Positions 13,611-27,737 are shown, counted from the stretch's first letter. The stretch is DNA of 64,000 bases from Octopus sinensis (GCF_006345805.1 NC_043020.1:14012001-14076000); one strand, 5' to 3'. The notes: generated by a model not told the origin, from the sequence alone. Program-made: numbers and translations.

Positions 13611-16600
13611 CAGCAGCAGCAGCAGCAAAAGCAGAAGTTATTTATGCCATTGGTCAAATTCAAGAATGACATATTTTGAATGACACCACATCCTTGTGCT
13701 GTTGCTCTGTCATTAAGCGTATGTCACACAAGCAAACAGTTATTACGTTACAGTGGAGACACTTCCTTTTGTTTAACTATTTATCAGCAGGCATATAATA
13801 TCACCTATGAAAGAGGAAGGGATAATTAGGCTGGACCTCTTGACAGCTGCTACAGCAGCAATAGCACCACCACCACTACTACTACTACCACCACCACCAC
13901 CACCATCGAATGGTACTCTTAAACACTTTGGTTAAATACCAGGAAACTCAGAAGTATCAAAACTACCAAAATATCATTCTCATAGCTGCAGGCATGGCTG
14001 TGTGCTAAGAAGTTTACTTCCAAACTACAATGGTTCTGGGTAAAAAATGTTTAAAAGTAATTAATTTTTTTTTAATACATTTTACACAGCGCCGCCCTGA
14101 TGGGCCTCCATGCCGGTGGCATGTAAAAAGCACCATCCGATCGTGGCCATTGCCAGCTTCGCCTGGCTCCCGTGCCGGTGGCACGTAAAAAGCACCATCC
14201 GACCATGGCCATTTGCCAGCCCCGTCTGGCACCTGTGCCGGTGCCAGGTAAAAAGCACCCACTACACTCACGGAGTGGTTGGCGTTAGGAAGGGCATCCA
14301 GCCGTAGAAACATTGCCAGATCAGACTGGGCCTGGTGCAGCCTTCTGGCTTCCCAGACCCCAGTTGAACCGTCCAACCCATGCTAGCATGGAAAGCGGAC
14401 GCTAAATGATGATGACACATATATATATACACATAAGTGCTTGTATCAGTCCCATAGTGTGGCACTTTGGGTAAGTGTCTTCTATTATAGCCCTCAGCTA
14501 ACCAAAGCCTTCTAAGAGGATTTGGTAGACAGAAACTGAAAGCGGCCCATCCTATATGTATGTGTGTGAGTGTGTGTCTTTGTATCTCTGTTTGTCCACC
14601 ACCATCAGCACTTGACAACTTGTGTTTATGTGTTTGCTTCCCCATAACTTCGTGGTCCAGCAAAAGGAACCAATAGAATGAGAACTGGGGTAAATTCATT
14701 CGAATAAAAATTCTTCAAAGTTGTGCCCCAGCATGGCCACAGTCTAATGGCTGAAACAAGTAAAAAATAAATAGATAAAAGATGGTTACTATCCAAATCC
14801 TAAGAAAAACACTGTCAACCTTAGAACACCTTTATTCTTTTAAAAACTCTTTCAAAATTGAAAATATCACAAAAATTTAACCCTTTAGCATTTAAACTGG
14901 CCAGATCTGGCCTCTCACACCTATTTTGTAATGCCATTCTAAAACTAAACAATCACATCATCAAAATCTTGAAGCTACGAGATTTATGCATGATTAAATT
15001 CAAAACAATGTGAATTAATAAGTATTAGATTTGACAGATTCTTAACCCTTTCATTACCGTATATATTTTGAGATGCTCTGTGTTTCTTTCAATTATTTTA
15101 AATGTAACAAAGAATTTAATAAAATAACTTAGTTACCATTAAGCTAGTGTTAGGAACATAAATTGTGACTAAGGTTTAGTGGAAGATTTTAATTCAAAAC
15201 TTAAGAAAACAAGACATTTGTACTACAGAGCCATTTGTACTACGGGTTGGTAACGAAAGGGTTAACTGTCAAAATGCAGTCTCTTTCCCCTACAATATAT
15301 CAAATAACACCCATAGCAAAACATCCAACTTGTGGTTCCAGGTCTCAAGGTTATAGAAGACACTTACCAAAGGAGCCATGCAGTCGGACAATGAAAATAA
15401 TAATAATGGTTTCTGATTTAGGCACAAGGCCAGATATTTTGAGGGGAGTGGGGTTATTAATATCATCAAATACAGTACTTGACTGATACTTTATTTTACT
15501 AACTCTGAAAGGATGAAAAGACAAAGCTGACCTCAGCATGGTTTGAACTCAGAACCTAACGAACCAGATCACATACCACAAGGCAGGTTTTTCCTATGAG
15601 CTAACAATTCTGCCGACTCACAGCCAATCCTTTCATTGTTTGACACAATGGATCACGCACAGAATACAAAATACGTCATGCAAATGAGATTACAAAACCT
15701 GACCCACACACACACAGAGCAGAGTAGTATAAAAATGTAATACTGTAATACAGGATTTAAAATAGAAATTTATTATATGTATGTAACAAATAAGGGCAAC
15801 CTGTCTCAAACAGGTAAGGGGCCACCACCTAGGAGGGAAGTAGGGGGCTTTACATCAAACTTCAATCACCAGCAAATTAAATCACCTGGAACTGTTTGCG
15901 AGTATCTTTGATCTCAGCTAAACCACAAAGCCAACGCCACCCCCTAAACTCACACATTCTGGGTAGGGCTCCTTTAGCAGTCGACAGATTGTTGCTGTGT
16001 GTATTTCATCAACTGTTTTATCATTATTCCTTCCCTGTCTTATCATTATATTCTGTCCCCCAACCCATCAACAAACAATAACAACAGAAACAATTATACA
16101 TCCTGGACAAGAAGCAATACACACACACACACACACACACATATACATATATATATGTATGTATGTATCACGATAACAACAATGTTCATGATTGTTGATG
16201 GTGCTGTGAGTCTCAACTGAATGGCTGGCTGTAGCCTTAAAAAGCAAATAAAAGTCACATTCAATAACAGCACCAATAACAGTTAAGCTTCATGCAATGG
16301 CCATACTCGATAACGAGGAGGCAGCCATAATATATATATATATATATATATATGTAGCGTACAGGCATGGCTCTGTGGTAAGAAGCTTGCTTCCCAACCA
16401 CATGGTTCTGGATTCATGGCGCCTTGGGCAAGTGTCTTCTACTACAGTCATGAGCCTACTAAAGCCTTGTGAATGGATTTGGTAGATGGAAACTAAAAGA
16501 AGCCTGTCATATATATAAACATACACAGTCACAACAACACACACATACAGATATATATATATAGATATATATATACATACACGGACACAACACACACATA

Positions 16601-16651
16601 CAGATATATATATAGTTATATATATTTACATACACAGGCACAACAAGCACA

Positions 16652-16687
<36 letters not shown>

Positions 16688-17589
16688 GAAATGAAGAAAA
16701 TGCTGACAAAATAATTTAAGTAATTTAAGTAATTTAATTAGGTGAAAGTTCTTTTTACCGGTTGCGCATTTGTTATGCTTATCAAAAGTTTTTCCTCTTA
16801 TCATATATATATTTATATATCTGTATATGTATGTCATTATGTCCATATTTGGCCCCCCGTCCCATCACTGCTTGACAACTGGTGTTGGTGTGTTTATGTC
16901 TCCATCACTTAATGCTTCACCAAAAAGATCAATAGAATAAAGACTAGGGTTTAAAACAAAGAGCTGGAGTTGATTTGTTTGACTAAAACTCTTCAAGGTG
17001 GTGCACCAGCATGGCCGTAGTCAAATGAATGAAACAATTGAAAGAATAAAAGAAAAGAAAAGCTTTTTTTATCTTTTATTTTTTTCAGTCATTAGACTGT
17101 GGCCATTCTGGGGCATTGCCTTGAAGAACTTGTAGCCAAATGTACACTGTTCAAATGTACACGGTTCAACTGGGGTCTGGTGAGCCTGAAGGCTGCACCA
17201 GGCCAGTCAGATCTGACAGTGTTTCTACAGCTGGATGCCCTTCCTAACGCCAACCACTCCGAGAGTGTAGTGGGTGATTTTATGTGCCACCGACACAGGT
17301 GCCAGACGAAACTGGCGAACGGCCAGGCTCGGATGGTGTTTTTTATGTGCCACCGACACAGGTGCCAGACGAGGCTGGCGAACGGCCACGATCGGATGGT
17401 GTTTGTTACGTGCCCACAGCACGGAGGCCAGTCGATGCGGTACTGGCTACAGCCACGTTCGGATGGCTTTCTTATGTGCCACCGGCACTGGTACCACAAA
17501 GATACAAATTCCATTGATGTTCATCTATTTTGATTTGGATCTTGACATATCTTCCTCTTCAGAACACTCCATAGATTTTCAATCGAGTT

Positions 17590-18825
17590 TAAGTCAGGTG
17601 AACATGCTGGTCACTTTATCAAACAGTGTCCAGAGAAGCCTAATTGCTGTAGGTATTCCAGAGATTTCTTAGCTGCATGGGAGGGTGCATTATCTTGCAT
17701 GAATACCAGCGTTCTCCTTAATGAAACTTTCTGCTTCTTCAACCATGGCTTGAAATTGTCCTCCAAAAAGCAACATAGGCATTAGATGTCATCTTAATTC
17801 CGTCTGGAACTTTCCAAGGACCAACCAACTTGTCTCCAATGATGCAAGCCCAAATCATGACTTTGTTGGCGTCTCAAACAATGAGGACGATTTCCACTAA
17901 TTGCAACCCATCCTTTACTCCACCCATCTGGTCCGTCTAGGGTAGCACAGCATTCGTCAGCGAAGAGGACTTTTGAAAAATCTATCTTCATGTAGTCTTC
18001 TGTCCATTTGACTCTATAGCCTTTAGAGGGGGCCTTGTAACAGGTTTTACGTTCTTGGCTACCACCTTCAGGAAGCGACACCTGGTAGATTTCAAAATGT
18101 CTTCCCTACCACAAAATTTAACTCTTTAGTGTTTAAACCGGCCATATCCGGCCAAAATATTCTACCTATTTTATGTTCAAACTAGTCAGATATGGTCATT
18201 TATAGCTACCTTATTGTGTCATTTTAAAAATAAACTATCACATCATTGAAATCTCAAAGCCATGAAATGATGCAAGATTAATTTTACATGGTGTGAATAC
18301 ATAAGCTTTACATTTGACAGAATAATCTGAATGCTAAAGGGGTAAACACTTCTCGATTAGTCAGACACGTGTTCTTCACAACTTCCCTCGTTATACATGA
18401 CAGGGTACGCCTAAAAAAAACCCTTGATTCACCCTTGTCAGCCCTCGAACGAACAGCAGAAGACTCCACAAATTTCTTCACCACAGTTCGATGATCTCTT
18501 CCCAAGATCTTTAATATTTCCAATGTCATTTTTGTTTTTCCAAGCTCTGAGACAATAGTGGATTTCTCATTTGATGTTAAATCACGTTTTTGACCCATAA
18601 CAACACTTTTATTGAGCATTTGCCTAATAATTTAGGACGGTGAAATTGTTGCTGTTTCACGAAAATGGCCGCCGTTTATTTACATCTGCGCGGATCCAAT
18701 TTATTTTACTACAGTATGCGCAGGCAGATGATGCCATCATTCAGTGAAAAATATCTGGATTCAAACGAATAACTACTCGGTTATTTCAGAAAAACAGAGC
18801 TGCCAAATAATTTGACACGCAGTGT
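17590..18825 (-). mobile_element. Decayed Tc1-like transposon interrupted by a piggyBac MITE
   Basis: N-terminal MGQKRDLTSNEKSTIV...LGRDHRTV (HTH-like), VLFADEC-ATLDGPDGW and FMQDNAPSHA; TIR-like cactgcgtgtcaaattatttggcag near 18800-18823. Confidence 0.85.
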
Positions 18826-19169
18826 GTAAGTACCAGACTTAACAAAATTAAGTACTAAAGTCAATTCATTTGATTAAATGGCTGTTGAAAGTAAAAATCA
18901 GCTTACAAGCAAGGCAAGGTAGGACACAGCCGGAAATAGGTTTTAATTCTTTATATTTAGATAAGGAGGATATAGGATGGTGTTTATCACAAGTGTTCAG
19001 ATACTGAGTTTTGTTTTACATTGTTCCAATGGCACTCCTTTAGTGTTGGGGCCCCATTTTATTATTTTTCTTCTTTATTCAGACAGATCCTGCTGCAGAC
19101 ATGAATACTACAATGTACAGAATACATTCGCATTGATGGCCTATGCTAACCAGGTCAAGATACATATAG

Positions 19170-19217
<48 letters not shown>

Positions 19218-20744
19218 TTATCATCATCATCGTTTAACGTCTGTTTTCCATGGTAGCATGGGTTGGACGGTTCGACCGGGTATCTGGGAAGCCAGGAGGC
19301 TGCACCAGGCTCCAGTCAGATTTGGCAGTGTTTCTACAGCTGGATGCCCTTCCTAACGCCAACCACTCTATGAGTGTAGTGGGTGCTTTTTACGTGCCAA
19401 TCAAGGTGGTACTGGTATCAACCACATACGGATGGTGCTTTTTAGGTACCAGGGTAGGCTGGCAATGGCCACGATCAGTTGGTGCTTTTTACATGCCACC
19501 GGCACGGACATATATATATATTATGTTTTATCTTTTCACTTTTATTTATTTCAGTCATTAGACCGCAGCCATGCTGGAGCACCACCTTGAAGGGTTTTAG
19601 TCAAACAAATCGACCCCAGGACTTTTTTTTTTTAGAAGCTTAGTACATATTCTATCAGTCTTTTTTGCTGAACGGCTAAGTTACAGGGATGTAAACAAAC
19701 TAACATCAGTTGTCAAGTGGTGGTGGGGGACAAACACAAACACACACACATATATAAAAAGCACCATCCGATCGTGGCCGTTTGCCAGCCTCGTCTGGCA
19801 CGTAAAAAGCACCCACTACACTCACGGAGTGGTTGGTGTTAGGAAGGGCATCCAGCCGTAGAAACATTGCCAGATCAGACTGGGCCTGGTGCAGCCTTCT
19901 GGCTTCCCAGACCCCAGTTGAACCGTCCAACCCATGCTAGCATGGAAAGTGGACGCTAAACGATGACGATGATGATGATGATGTCTATTTTAATGAAAGG
20001 AAGTGAAAAACAGATCTGGCTTATTGGATATATGATTGAAAAAATTAGTAGTGAAAATCTCCCATCAAATGGAGATGTATTATGATACCTTTTCTATCTA
20101 AGGCCCCCTACATGGCCTTGCTATTTGCTTTTGAGCCAAATTAACTAACTAACTAACTAAAACACATGATAAGAAAATAATGAAGGAAGGATCAGATACC
20201 TGGTATTCAGAAATAAATGAGATCTGGGACAATGCTAAGATACCAATCAGGGACAAACAACATGTGCTTTCTAAGGTTTGAAAAACATATGGACAATATG
20301 CCAGGGCCGCTGGACTGACTCCTGTGCAGGTGGCAAGTAAAGAAACACAGTTTCGACCCTGTGCTTGAGGAGATCCATTGAGTCAAGTACACCAACATCA
20401 AAAATCAATGGAAACTGCAGTTGTGATCCCTGTGCTGGTGGCACATAAAAAGCACCATCTGAACGTGGCCGATGCCAGTGCCGCCTAGACTGGCTTCCGT
20501 GCCAGTGACACGTAAAAAGCACCAATCCAATCGTGGCTGTTGCCAGCCTCATCTGGCACCTGTGCAGGTGGCACGTAAAAAGCACCCACTACAATCACGG
20601 AGTGGTTGGCGTTAGGAAGGGCATCGAGCTGTAGAAACACAGCCAGATCAGACTGGAGCCTGGTGCAGCCTTCTGGCTTCCCAGACCCCGGTCGAACCGT
20701 CCAACCCATGCTAGCATGGAGAACGGATGTCAAACGATGATGAT

Positions 20745-21450
20745 GATGAATATAGATCATTTCAAAAACCAAAATCAAGGAGAAATCAAAATCAAATTGC
20801 AAAGGAAATCAAGTTTAAGGATTGCTTGGATGACTTACTTGACGTTGCTCATGCTGATGCAATGAAAATGATGTCAAAGGAAGAAGATTGTTTATTTCTA
20901 AATACTCAGAGAGAAAAAAAGAAGGCAAGGTTATATGAGTGCTATTGACGGGAATTATGTTGCAAAGCAACAGAGGAGACGTAAACAAGAAGAAGAAGAA
21001 GAGGAGGAGGAAGAGGAAGGAGGAGGAGGTGAAGGAAAAGAAGGAGGAAAAGAAGGAAAAGGAACAGAAGAAGGAAAAGAAGGAAAAGAAGAAGAAGAAG
21101 AAGAAGAAGAAGAAGAAGAAGAAGAAGAAGAAGACGAAGAAGAAGAAGAAGAAGAAGAAAAGAGAAAAGAAGCAGAGATTCTTTGCTGAAAGAGCAATCA
21201 GTTGTTTAGTTTGGAAGGCAGCAGTGACAATAGCAGTGGTGAGTATAATGATGAGCCACAAAGAAGGATCAACGAAAATTCCTCTAGGTAAAAGATCAAA
21301 AACTCATGAGCAAATAATATCCGCTGATTCGAAAGTGGTTTTGGATAGAACTGAAATAAGTGACTGCTGTGCAGTGTTGGTAGTATCTGCTACTGCTTCA
21401 GCCCATGGAAAAGATATTGGTGACATAGTAAACAAGAAGGAGAACTTTGC
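20745..21450 (+). pseudogene. Decayed DNA-transposase fragment (cc8K15.2-like, possibly hATm-related) split by a (GAA)n expansion
   Basis: LDDLLDVAHADAMKMMSKEEDCLFLNTQRE, then MSAID, later VLDRTEISDCCAVLVVSATASAHGKDI. These resemble the LFDIAHADA...EEDK-FL--QR and LDRT-ISDR-A motifs as I recall them; frameshifted. Confidence 0.5.
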
Positions 21451-22267
21451 AACAACAGAGGTAAAGAAATGCTTTCACGTTGCTCCAGTCCACTCAGCTG
21501 GCAAAAATGAGTAGTACCTGTATTTCAAAGGACCAGCCTTGTCACATTTAAGGGTACACATGTCTGTGGAGTGCTCAGCCACTTGCACGTTAATTTCACG
21601 AGCAAGCCGTTCCGTTGATCGTAGCAGCTGGGATCTTTGTCATCATAACCAATGAGTGCTCCTCACTATACATATACACACAATGGCCCAGTGGTTAGGG
21701 CAGCGGACTCGCAGTCATAGGATCGCAGTTTCGATTCCCAGACCGGGCGTTGTGAGTGTTTATTGAGTAAAAACACCTAAAGCTCCACGAGGCTCCAGCA
21801 GGGGATGGTGTGATCCCTGCTGTACTCTTTCACCACAACTTTCTCTCGCTCTTACTTCCTGTTTCTGTTGTATCTGTATTTCAAAGGGCCGGCCTTGTCA
21901 CTCTCTGTGTCACGCTGAATATCCCCGAGAACTACGTTAAGGGTGCCCGTGTCTGTGGAGTGCTCAGCCACTTACACGTTAATTTCACGAGCAGGCTGTT
22001 CCGTTGATCGGATCAACCGGAACCCTCGTCGTCGTAACCGACGGAGTGCTTCCTTCCAATACACACACACACATAGGGTGACCAAAAAGCATTTTCAGCT
22101 GATCCATGTCTTACTGTTCACTGGGATGATAAATTGTTCAAGAGGTCAATTTTCTTTTAGTCATTGTTTTTTCCTCAGTTGTCATGTTATTAAATGTGTG
22201 TGTGTGTGTGTGTATGTATTTTGCATGTTGGTTGCGTAAGTGAATTTTTCCAGCTATTTTAGTAACA

Positions 22268-22655
22268 ACTAGCAGTATCGCCCAGCGTTGCTCGGGTTTG
22301 TTTCGACCCTTTAGAATTGGAATTTTCGAAAAGTAAAAATTTTGCATTATGTAGCTTGTTATTCTCTTTAAGTGAACATTTTTCTGGTTGAAATACACCG
22401 AAAAATGTCGACACAGCAGTCAAAAAATCTTTAAAAATAGGGATTTTCATAGAAAAAAAGCATCTTTTTGATGTAAATAATTTTTGGTGTTAACATGGTC
22501 CGATTTGAATTTTTCTTCTACGGAAGGAAGAGCAAGCCTTCTTCTATCATACTCTCAATTTTGGTCAACTTGCCCCGCAGGGTCTCTGAGGAGATAGTGT
22601 TCGTTGAAGGCTACCAAACCTGTCGTACACAGACAACTTCAGCTTTATATTTTAG
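22268..22655 (+). mobile_element. Helentron/Lep1/DINE-like non-autonomous element
   Basis: 5-prime actagcagtatcgcccagcgttgctcggg hairpin; 3-prime cacagacaac...tttata; the termini are shared with 51900-52290. Confidence 0.6.
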
Positions 22656-23562
22656 TAACAATGAGAAGATTATAAGGATTTCTCATATTTTTTTTCTTCT
22701 TTTTACTTGTTTCAGTCATTTGACTGCGGCCATGCTGGAGCACTGCCTTTAATCAAGCAACCCAACCCCGGGACTTATTCTTTGTAAGCCCAGTACTTAT
22801 TCTATCGGTCTCTTTTACCGAACCGCTAGGTGACGGGGACGTAAACACACCAGCATCGGTTGTCAAGCAATGCTAGGGGGACAAACACAGACACACAAAC
22901 AAACATACATACATATATATATATATATCTACATATATACGATGGGCTTCTTTCAGTTTCCGTTTACCAAATCCACTCACAAGGCTTTGGTCGGCCTGAG
23001 GCTATAGTAGAAGACACTTGCCCAAGGTGCCACGCAGTGGGACTGAACCTTGAACCATGTGGTTCGTAAAGAAGCTACTTACCACACAGCCACTCCTGTG
23101 CTTTGTTCATAAGTATATATAGTTTTCTTTTTCTATACATTTAGATTGGAAGAAAACGGAGGAGCAAGGAACAATACCTATTTCTTTATTACCCACAAGG
23201 GGCTAAACATAGAGGGGACAAACATAGACAGACATAGGTATTAAGTCAATTATATCGACCCCAGTGCATAACTGGTACTTATTTTATCAACCCCGAAAGG
23301 ATGAAAGGCAAAGTCGACCTCGGCGGAGTTTGAACTCAGAACGTAACGGTAGACGAAATACGGCTACGCATTTCGCCCGGCGTGCTAACGATTCTGCCAG
23401 CTCATCACCGCCTTGTTGGAACAATACCAGATGGTTAGAGAAGAAGCTACACATTATGTATATGTAGTAAGGAGAGAATGTGAAAGTAAAATGTTCTGTG
23501 AGGAGTGGCTCAGAGACATGAGGTTTTCTGGATTAGAAAGCAGTGCATCATTGCAGATCATG

Positions 23563-23981
23563 TAGGCGGCGAGCTGGCAGAAACGTTAGCACGCCGGGCG
23601 AAATCCTTAGCGGTATTTTATCTGTCGTTACGTTCTGAGTTCAAAATCCGCTGAGGTCGACTTTGCCTTTCATCCTTTTGGGGGTTGATAAATAAAGTAC
23701 CAGATTCACACTGGGGTCGATGTAATCGACTTAATCCGTTTGTCTGTCCTTGTTTGTTCCCTCTATGTTTAGCCCCTTGTGGGCAATAAAGAAATAGGTA
23801 TTTTATCTGTCGTTATGTTCTGAGTTCAAAATCCGCTGAGGTCGACTTTGCCTTTCATCCTTTTGGCATTGATAAATAAAGTACCAGTTTCACACTGGGG
23901 TCGATGTAATCGACTTAATCCGTTTTGTCTATCCTTGTTTGTCCCCTCTATGTTTAGCCCCTTGTGGGCAGTAAAGAAATA
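23563..23981 (+). mobile_element. SINE family B head-to-tail dimer
   Basis: Junction aaagaaata|ggtatttt; TSD cattg(c/t)agatcatg (23549-23562, 23982-23995). Confidence 0.9.
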
Positions 23982-24374
23982 CATTGTAGATCATGATGTG
24001 GCTATCAGCCCTTTACTGCTCCTGTCTGTCAACCCTTTATACTGCCAGTCATCACTTCCACTGGTTCTTTACTATCTATCACTCTCTGCCCCAATTAGCT
24101 TGTCTCTACCATCACCTTCAACCACCCACCATGCTTCTTTCATTACCAATCTCTCAGCTGTTCACCTCAGCTATTTTGCTTTGAGTGAATGAATTCATCA
24201 CAAAGGAATCTTTAGTCTTATAGAGAGCAAGGCAACTTCACTAGAGCTGGCACCATGATAAAATGCATCCAGTGTACTCTGTAAATTGTTCCCAATAAGA
24301 ACCCAGCCATTTCATGCATGTAAGGAAGATTGGCTGTAAAATATTGATGATGATGATTAATATATATATATATA

Positions 24375-24429
<55 letters not shown>

Positions 24430-24620
24430 CGTGTGCGTGTGTGTGTGTGTGTATGTATATATACGTTATATAATTAGGTAAATTTTTTTACTGAACCCTA
24501 ATTATATAACGTAATGTTTTAAATATACTGTAAATGGTCTTTTTACATACTGAACACTACTTGGTGAAATTATTAATTAATAATTAATTAATTTTACCCT
24601 TTTATTCTTGACAGTATATG

Positions 24621-24653
<33 letters not shown>

Positions 24654-24943
24654 CTATATATAAACATATAATACAAACACCTGCTCACACACAAAATACA
24701 TGAAAGAGGTTTTCATTTTGTAGAAAGAGAGGCAGACAACCAGCCAGCCAGACAGACAGACAGCCGTATTGATAGACAGACCAACAGATGGGCTGAGAAA
24801 GGAGAGATCGGGGACGAGGGAGAGGAGATGTTGCAAGAAATGGCAGAAGAATTTCGGCTGAAACAGTAAAACCTGTTGACTGTAAAGTATGTTAATAGCT
24901 CAGGTTACCACCAACAGCATCAGCGAAACACTAGCAAACAATA

Positions 24944-24975
<32 letters not shown>

Positions 24976-25170
24976 GGTGCATGCACCATTCTATAACTAT
25001 AAGTCTATACTTCTCTATCACAGGGAGGGGAGTGAGAATGAAAATAAGGCATTCCCCCCCGGGTGAGTTAAGCAGATGATGGCAAACAGCCAAAGTTCAG
25101 ATCAGATTCTATAAATACTACAGATCAACCATCTGCATACATACATATTATATACAATAAATGTATAGTG

Positions 25171-25215
<45 letters not shown>

Positions 25216-25534
25216 TCTTTTACTTGTTTCAGAGATTTGACTGTGGCCATACTGGAGCACAACCTTTAGTCTAACAAATCGACCCCAGGACCTCTTCTTT
25301 GTAAGCCTAGTAGTTATTCTATCAGTCACTTTTTGGCTGAACTGCTAAGTATCGGTTGTCAAACGATGGTGAGGTGGGGGGTACAAACACAGACATACAA
25401 ATATATATATATATATATATATAAAATTAAAATGAGGGTGAAAAACTGAATATTTAGCATATTAAAAACTGAAGGTTCAGTAAATTGTATTACATACATA
25501 TTAGAGGGGTGACCACCCACTAATATGTGTGTGT

Positions 25535-25570
<36 letters not shown>

Positions 25571-26631
25571 CAACTTATAAATGAGGGCTAAAGAAAATTA
25601 TTTCAATGCCAATATGCTGATAACAGACTTTTAAATTGTCAATTTCCACATATTATTTACTTGCTACAGAAAAAAACATGAAGAACTGAAATCGGGGAAG
25701 CCGGCCGATAGAATTTTTTTAAAAAGTTTGTTATTTCTATAATGAATCAATTTCGGAATTAATCTCATAATAGATTTTTTCCTCTTCAGTAGAACATATG
25801 AAAGGATATAAATAAGATACTTACATGTGCCCATGGAAAAAGCCGAAGCAAAAATCATGAGTACATATAAGTACCCCAGATATATCTAAAAATAAAATTC
25901 TTTGGTCAGCCTCAGCACAATGTGTTGACTGTTCTCCACTACAGGTTATAATACGATGGGCTCCATTCAGTTTTTGTCTACCAAATCCACTTGCAAGGCT
26001 TTGGTTAGTCTGAAGCTACAGTAGAAGACACTTGCCCTAGGTCGACTTTGCCTTTCATCCTTTCGGGGTCAATAAATTAAGTACCAGTTATGCACTGGGG
26101 TCGAGTAATCGACTTAATACCTATGTCTGTCCTTGTTTGTCCCCTCTATGTTTAGCCCCTTGTGGGTAATAAAGAAATAGTTAATAGAGAAAGCAATGGG
26201 TGTCAGGGAATGAAACGTGGGTGGGGACAAAAGGTTGATCAGGGCAAAGCCCTCATGGACAAGCATGACATATACAGATGTCATCCTATACATATGTATA
26301 TCTACATACCCTTGCATGACAGGACAAACATAGTTGGAATGTTTTAGTCATTAGTCAACCAACTATGTAGAAACTAACTCCTGTGTATGTGTGTGTGTGT
26401 GTGTTTGAATGTGTATAGGTGTGTATACAAACAAGCTGTCATCAAACTGGAGAAGATATCAATGTTTGTGGGCGAGTGAAAAACAATTGTGTATATCAAC
26501 TGTGAGGTATGTAAGTGTGTCTGTGGGTGTCTGTGTGCAACAAAGCATATCTTACTGTACAAAACTGTAACTGAAGGATATATAATATATAAACATATGA
26601 TGTCACAATTATATATATATATATCTATATA

Positions 26632-26776
26632 GGTGCAGGAGTGGCTGTGTAGTAAGTAGCTTGTTTACCAACCACATGGTTCTGGGTTCAGTCCCACTAT
26701 AGCCTACTATAGCCTCAGACCGACCAAAGCCTTGTGAGTGGATTTGGTAGACGGAAACTGAAAGAAGCCCATCGTA

Positions 26777-26813
<37 letters not shown>

Positions 26814-27022
26814 ATGTATGTTTGTGTGTCTGTATTTGTCTCCCTAGCATTGCTTGACAACCGATGCTGGTGTGTTTATGTCCCCGTCACTTAGTGGTTC
26901 GACAAAAGAGACCGATAGAATAAATACTGGGCTTACAAAGAATAAGTCCCGCGGTCGAGTTGCTCGATTAAAGGCGGTGCTCCAGCATGGCCGCAGTCAA
27001 GTGACTGAAACAAGTAAAAGAG
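26632..27022 (+). mobile_element. tRNA-derived SINE family A (octopus OK-like), full length, with an internal (TA/TG)n
   Basis: Head ggtgcaggagtggctgtgtagtaag...ggttcagtccc; tail gaaacaagtaaaagag. Other copies: 5355-5692(-), 8441-8857(-), 11985-12380(-), 13985-14782(+), 16360-17050(+), 19530-19755(-), 22697-23100(-), 25215-26040(-), 37522-38620(-), 42020-42300(+), 51030-51445(-), 55022-55348(-), 58957-59215(-), 59210-59560(+), 63240-64000(-). Confidence 0.9.
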
Positions 27023-27024
27023 TA

Positions 27025-27210
27025 TATCGGTAGCCAATACACACATTCTTTATTTTCTCTCCTTGTTTCTTTCTGTGTTCCTTTCTGTGGAAGAGCATAG
27101 GCTCGAAACGTAAAAGACTTTTTCAATTCCCGAGTGTTATACTAATACATCTATTTGTTTTCTACACCACCTGTTTTCATCTTTTGTTTTTTTTTGTGAA
27201 TTCTCCCTAT
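27025..27210 (+). mobile_element. PLE pLTR-like fragment with variant hammerhead motif
   Basis: CTTT-CTGTGGA-A-GAGC-ATAG-GCTC-GAAA-CG-TA-AAAG at 27081-27116; the fragment ends at a (TA)n tract. Confidence 0.6.
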
Positions 27211-27262
27211 ATATATATATATGTGATGCCATAATTTTTTTATAAACTTTCAAGAGAATGTA

Positions 27263-27737
27263 TCATCATCATCATCATCGTTTAACGTCCGCTTTCCATG
27301 CTAGCATGGGTTGGACAGTTCAACTGGGGTCTGGGGAGCCCGAAGGCTGCACCAGGCCAGTCAGATCTGGCAGTGTTTCTACAGCTGGATGCCCTTCCTA
27401 ACGCCAACCACTCCGAGAGTGTAGTGGGTGATTTTATGTGCCACCGACACAGGTGCCAGACGAGGCTGGCGAACGGTCACGCTCGGATGGTGTTTTTTAT
27501 GTGCCACCGACACAGGTGCCAGACGAGGCTGGCAGACGGCCACGCTCGGATGGTGTTTTTTATGTGCCACCGACACAGGTGCCAGACGAGGCTGGCAAAC
27601 AGCCACGATCGGATGGTGTTTGTTACGTGCCCACAGCACGGAGGCCAGTCGATGCGGTACTGGCTACGGCCACGTTCAGATGGTTTTGTTATGTACCACC
27701 GGCACTGGTACCACAAAGATACAAATTCCATTGATTC
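27263..27737 (-). mobile_element. Retroposon family C with an internal ~59-bp VNTR and a (GAT)n tail
   Basis: Constant 3-prime module ggcgttaggaagggcatccagc...catgctagcatggaaagcggacgttaaacgatgatg. Other copies: 1426-1690(-), 11096-11740(-), 14090-14415(+), 17160-17545(-), 19220-19510(-), 19756-19983(+), 20300-20749(+), 50056-50620(-), 53255-53848(+), 62105-62570(-). Confidence 0.9.

Noticed and set aside
27430-27720. CRISPR-like regularly spaced repeats
   Set aside because: Whole units are tandemly repeated with no unique spacers and no cas genes, in a eukaryotic retroposon context.
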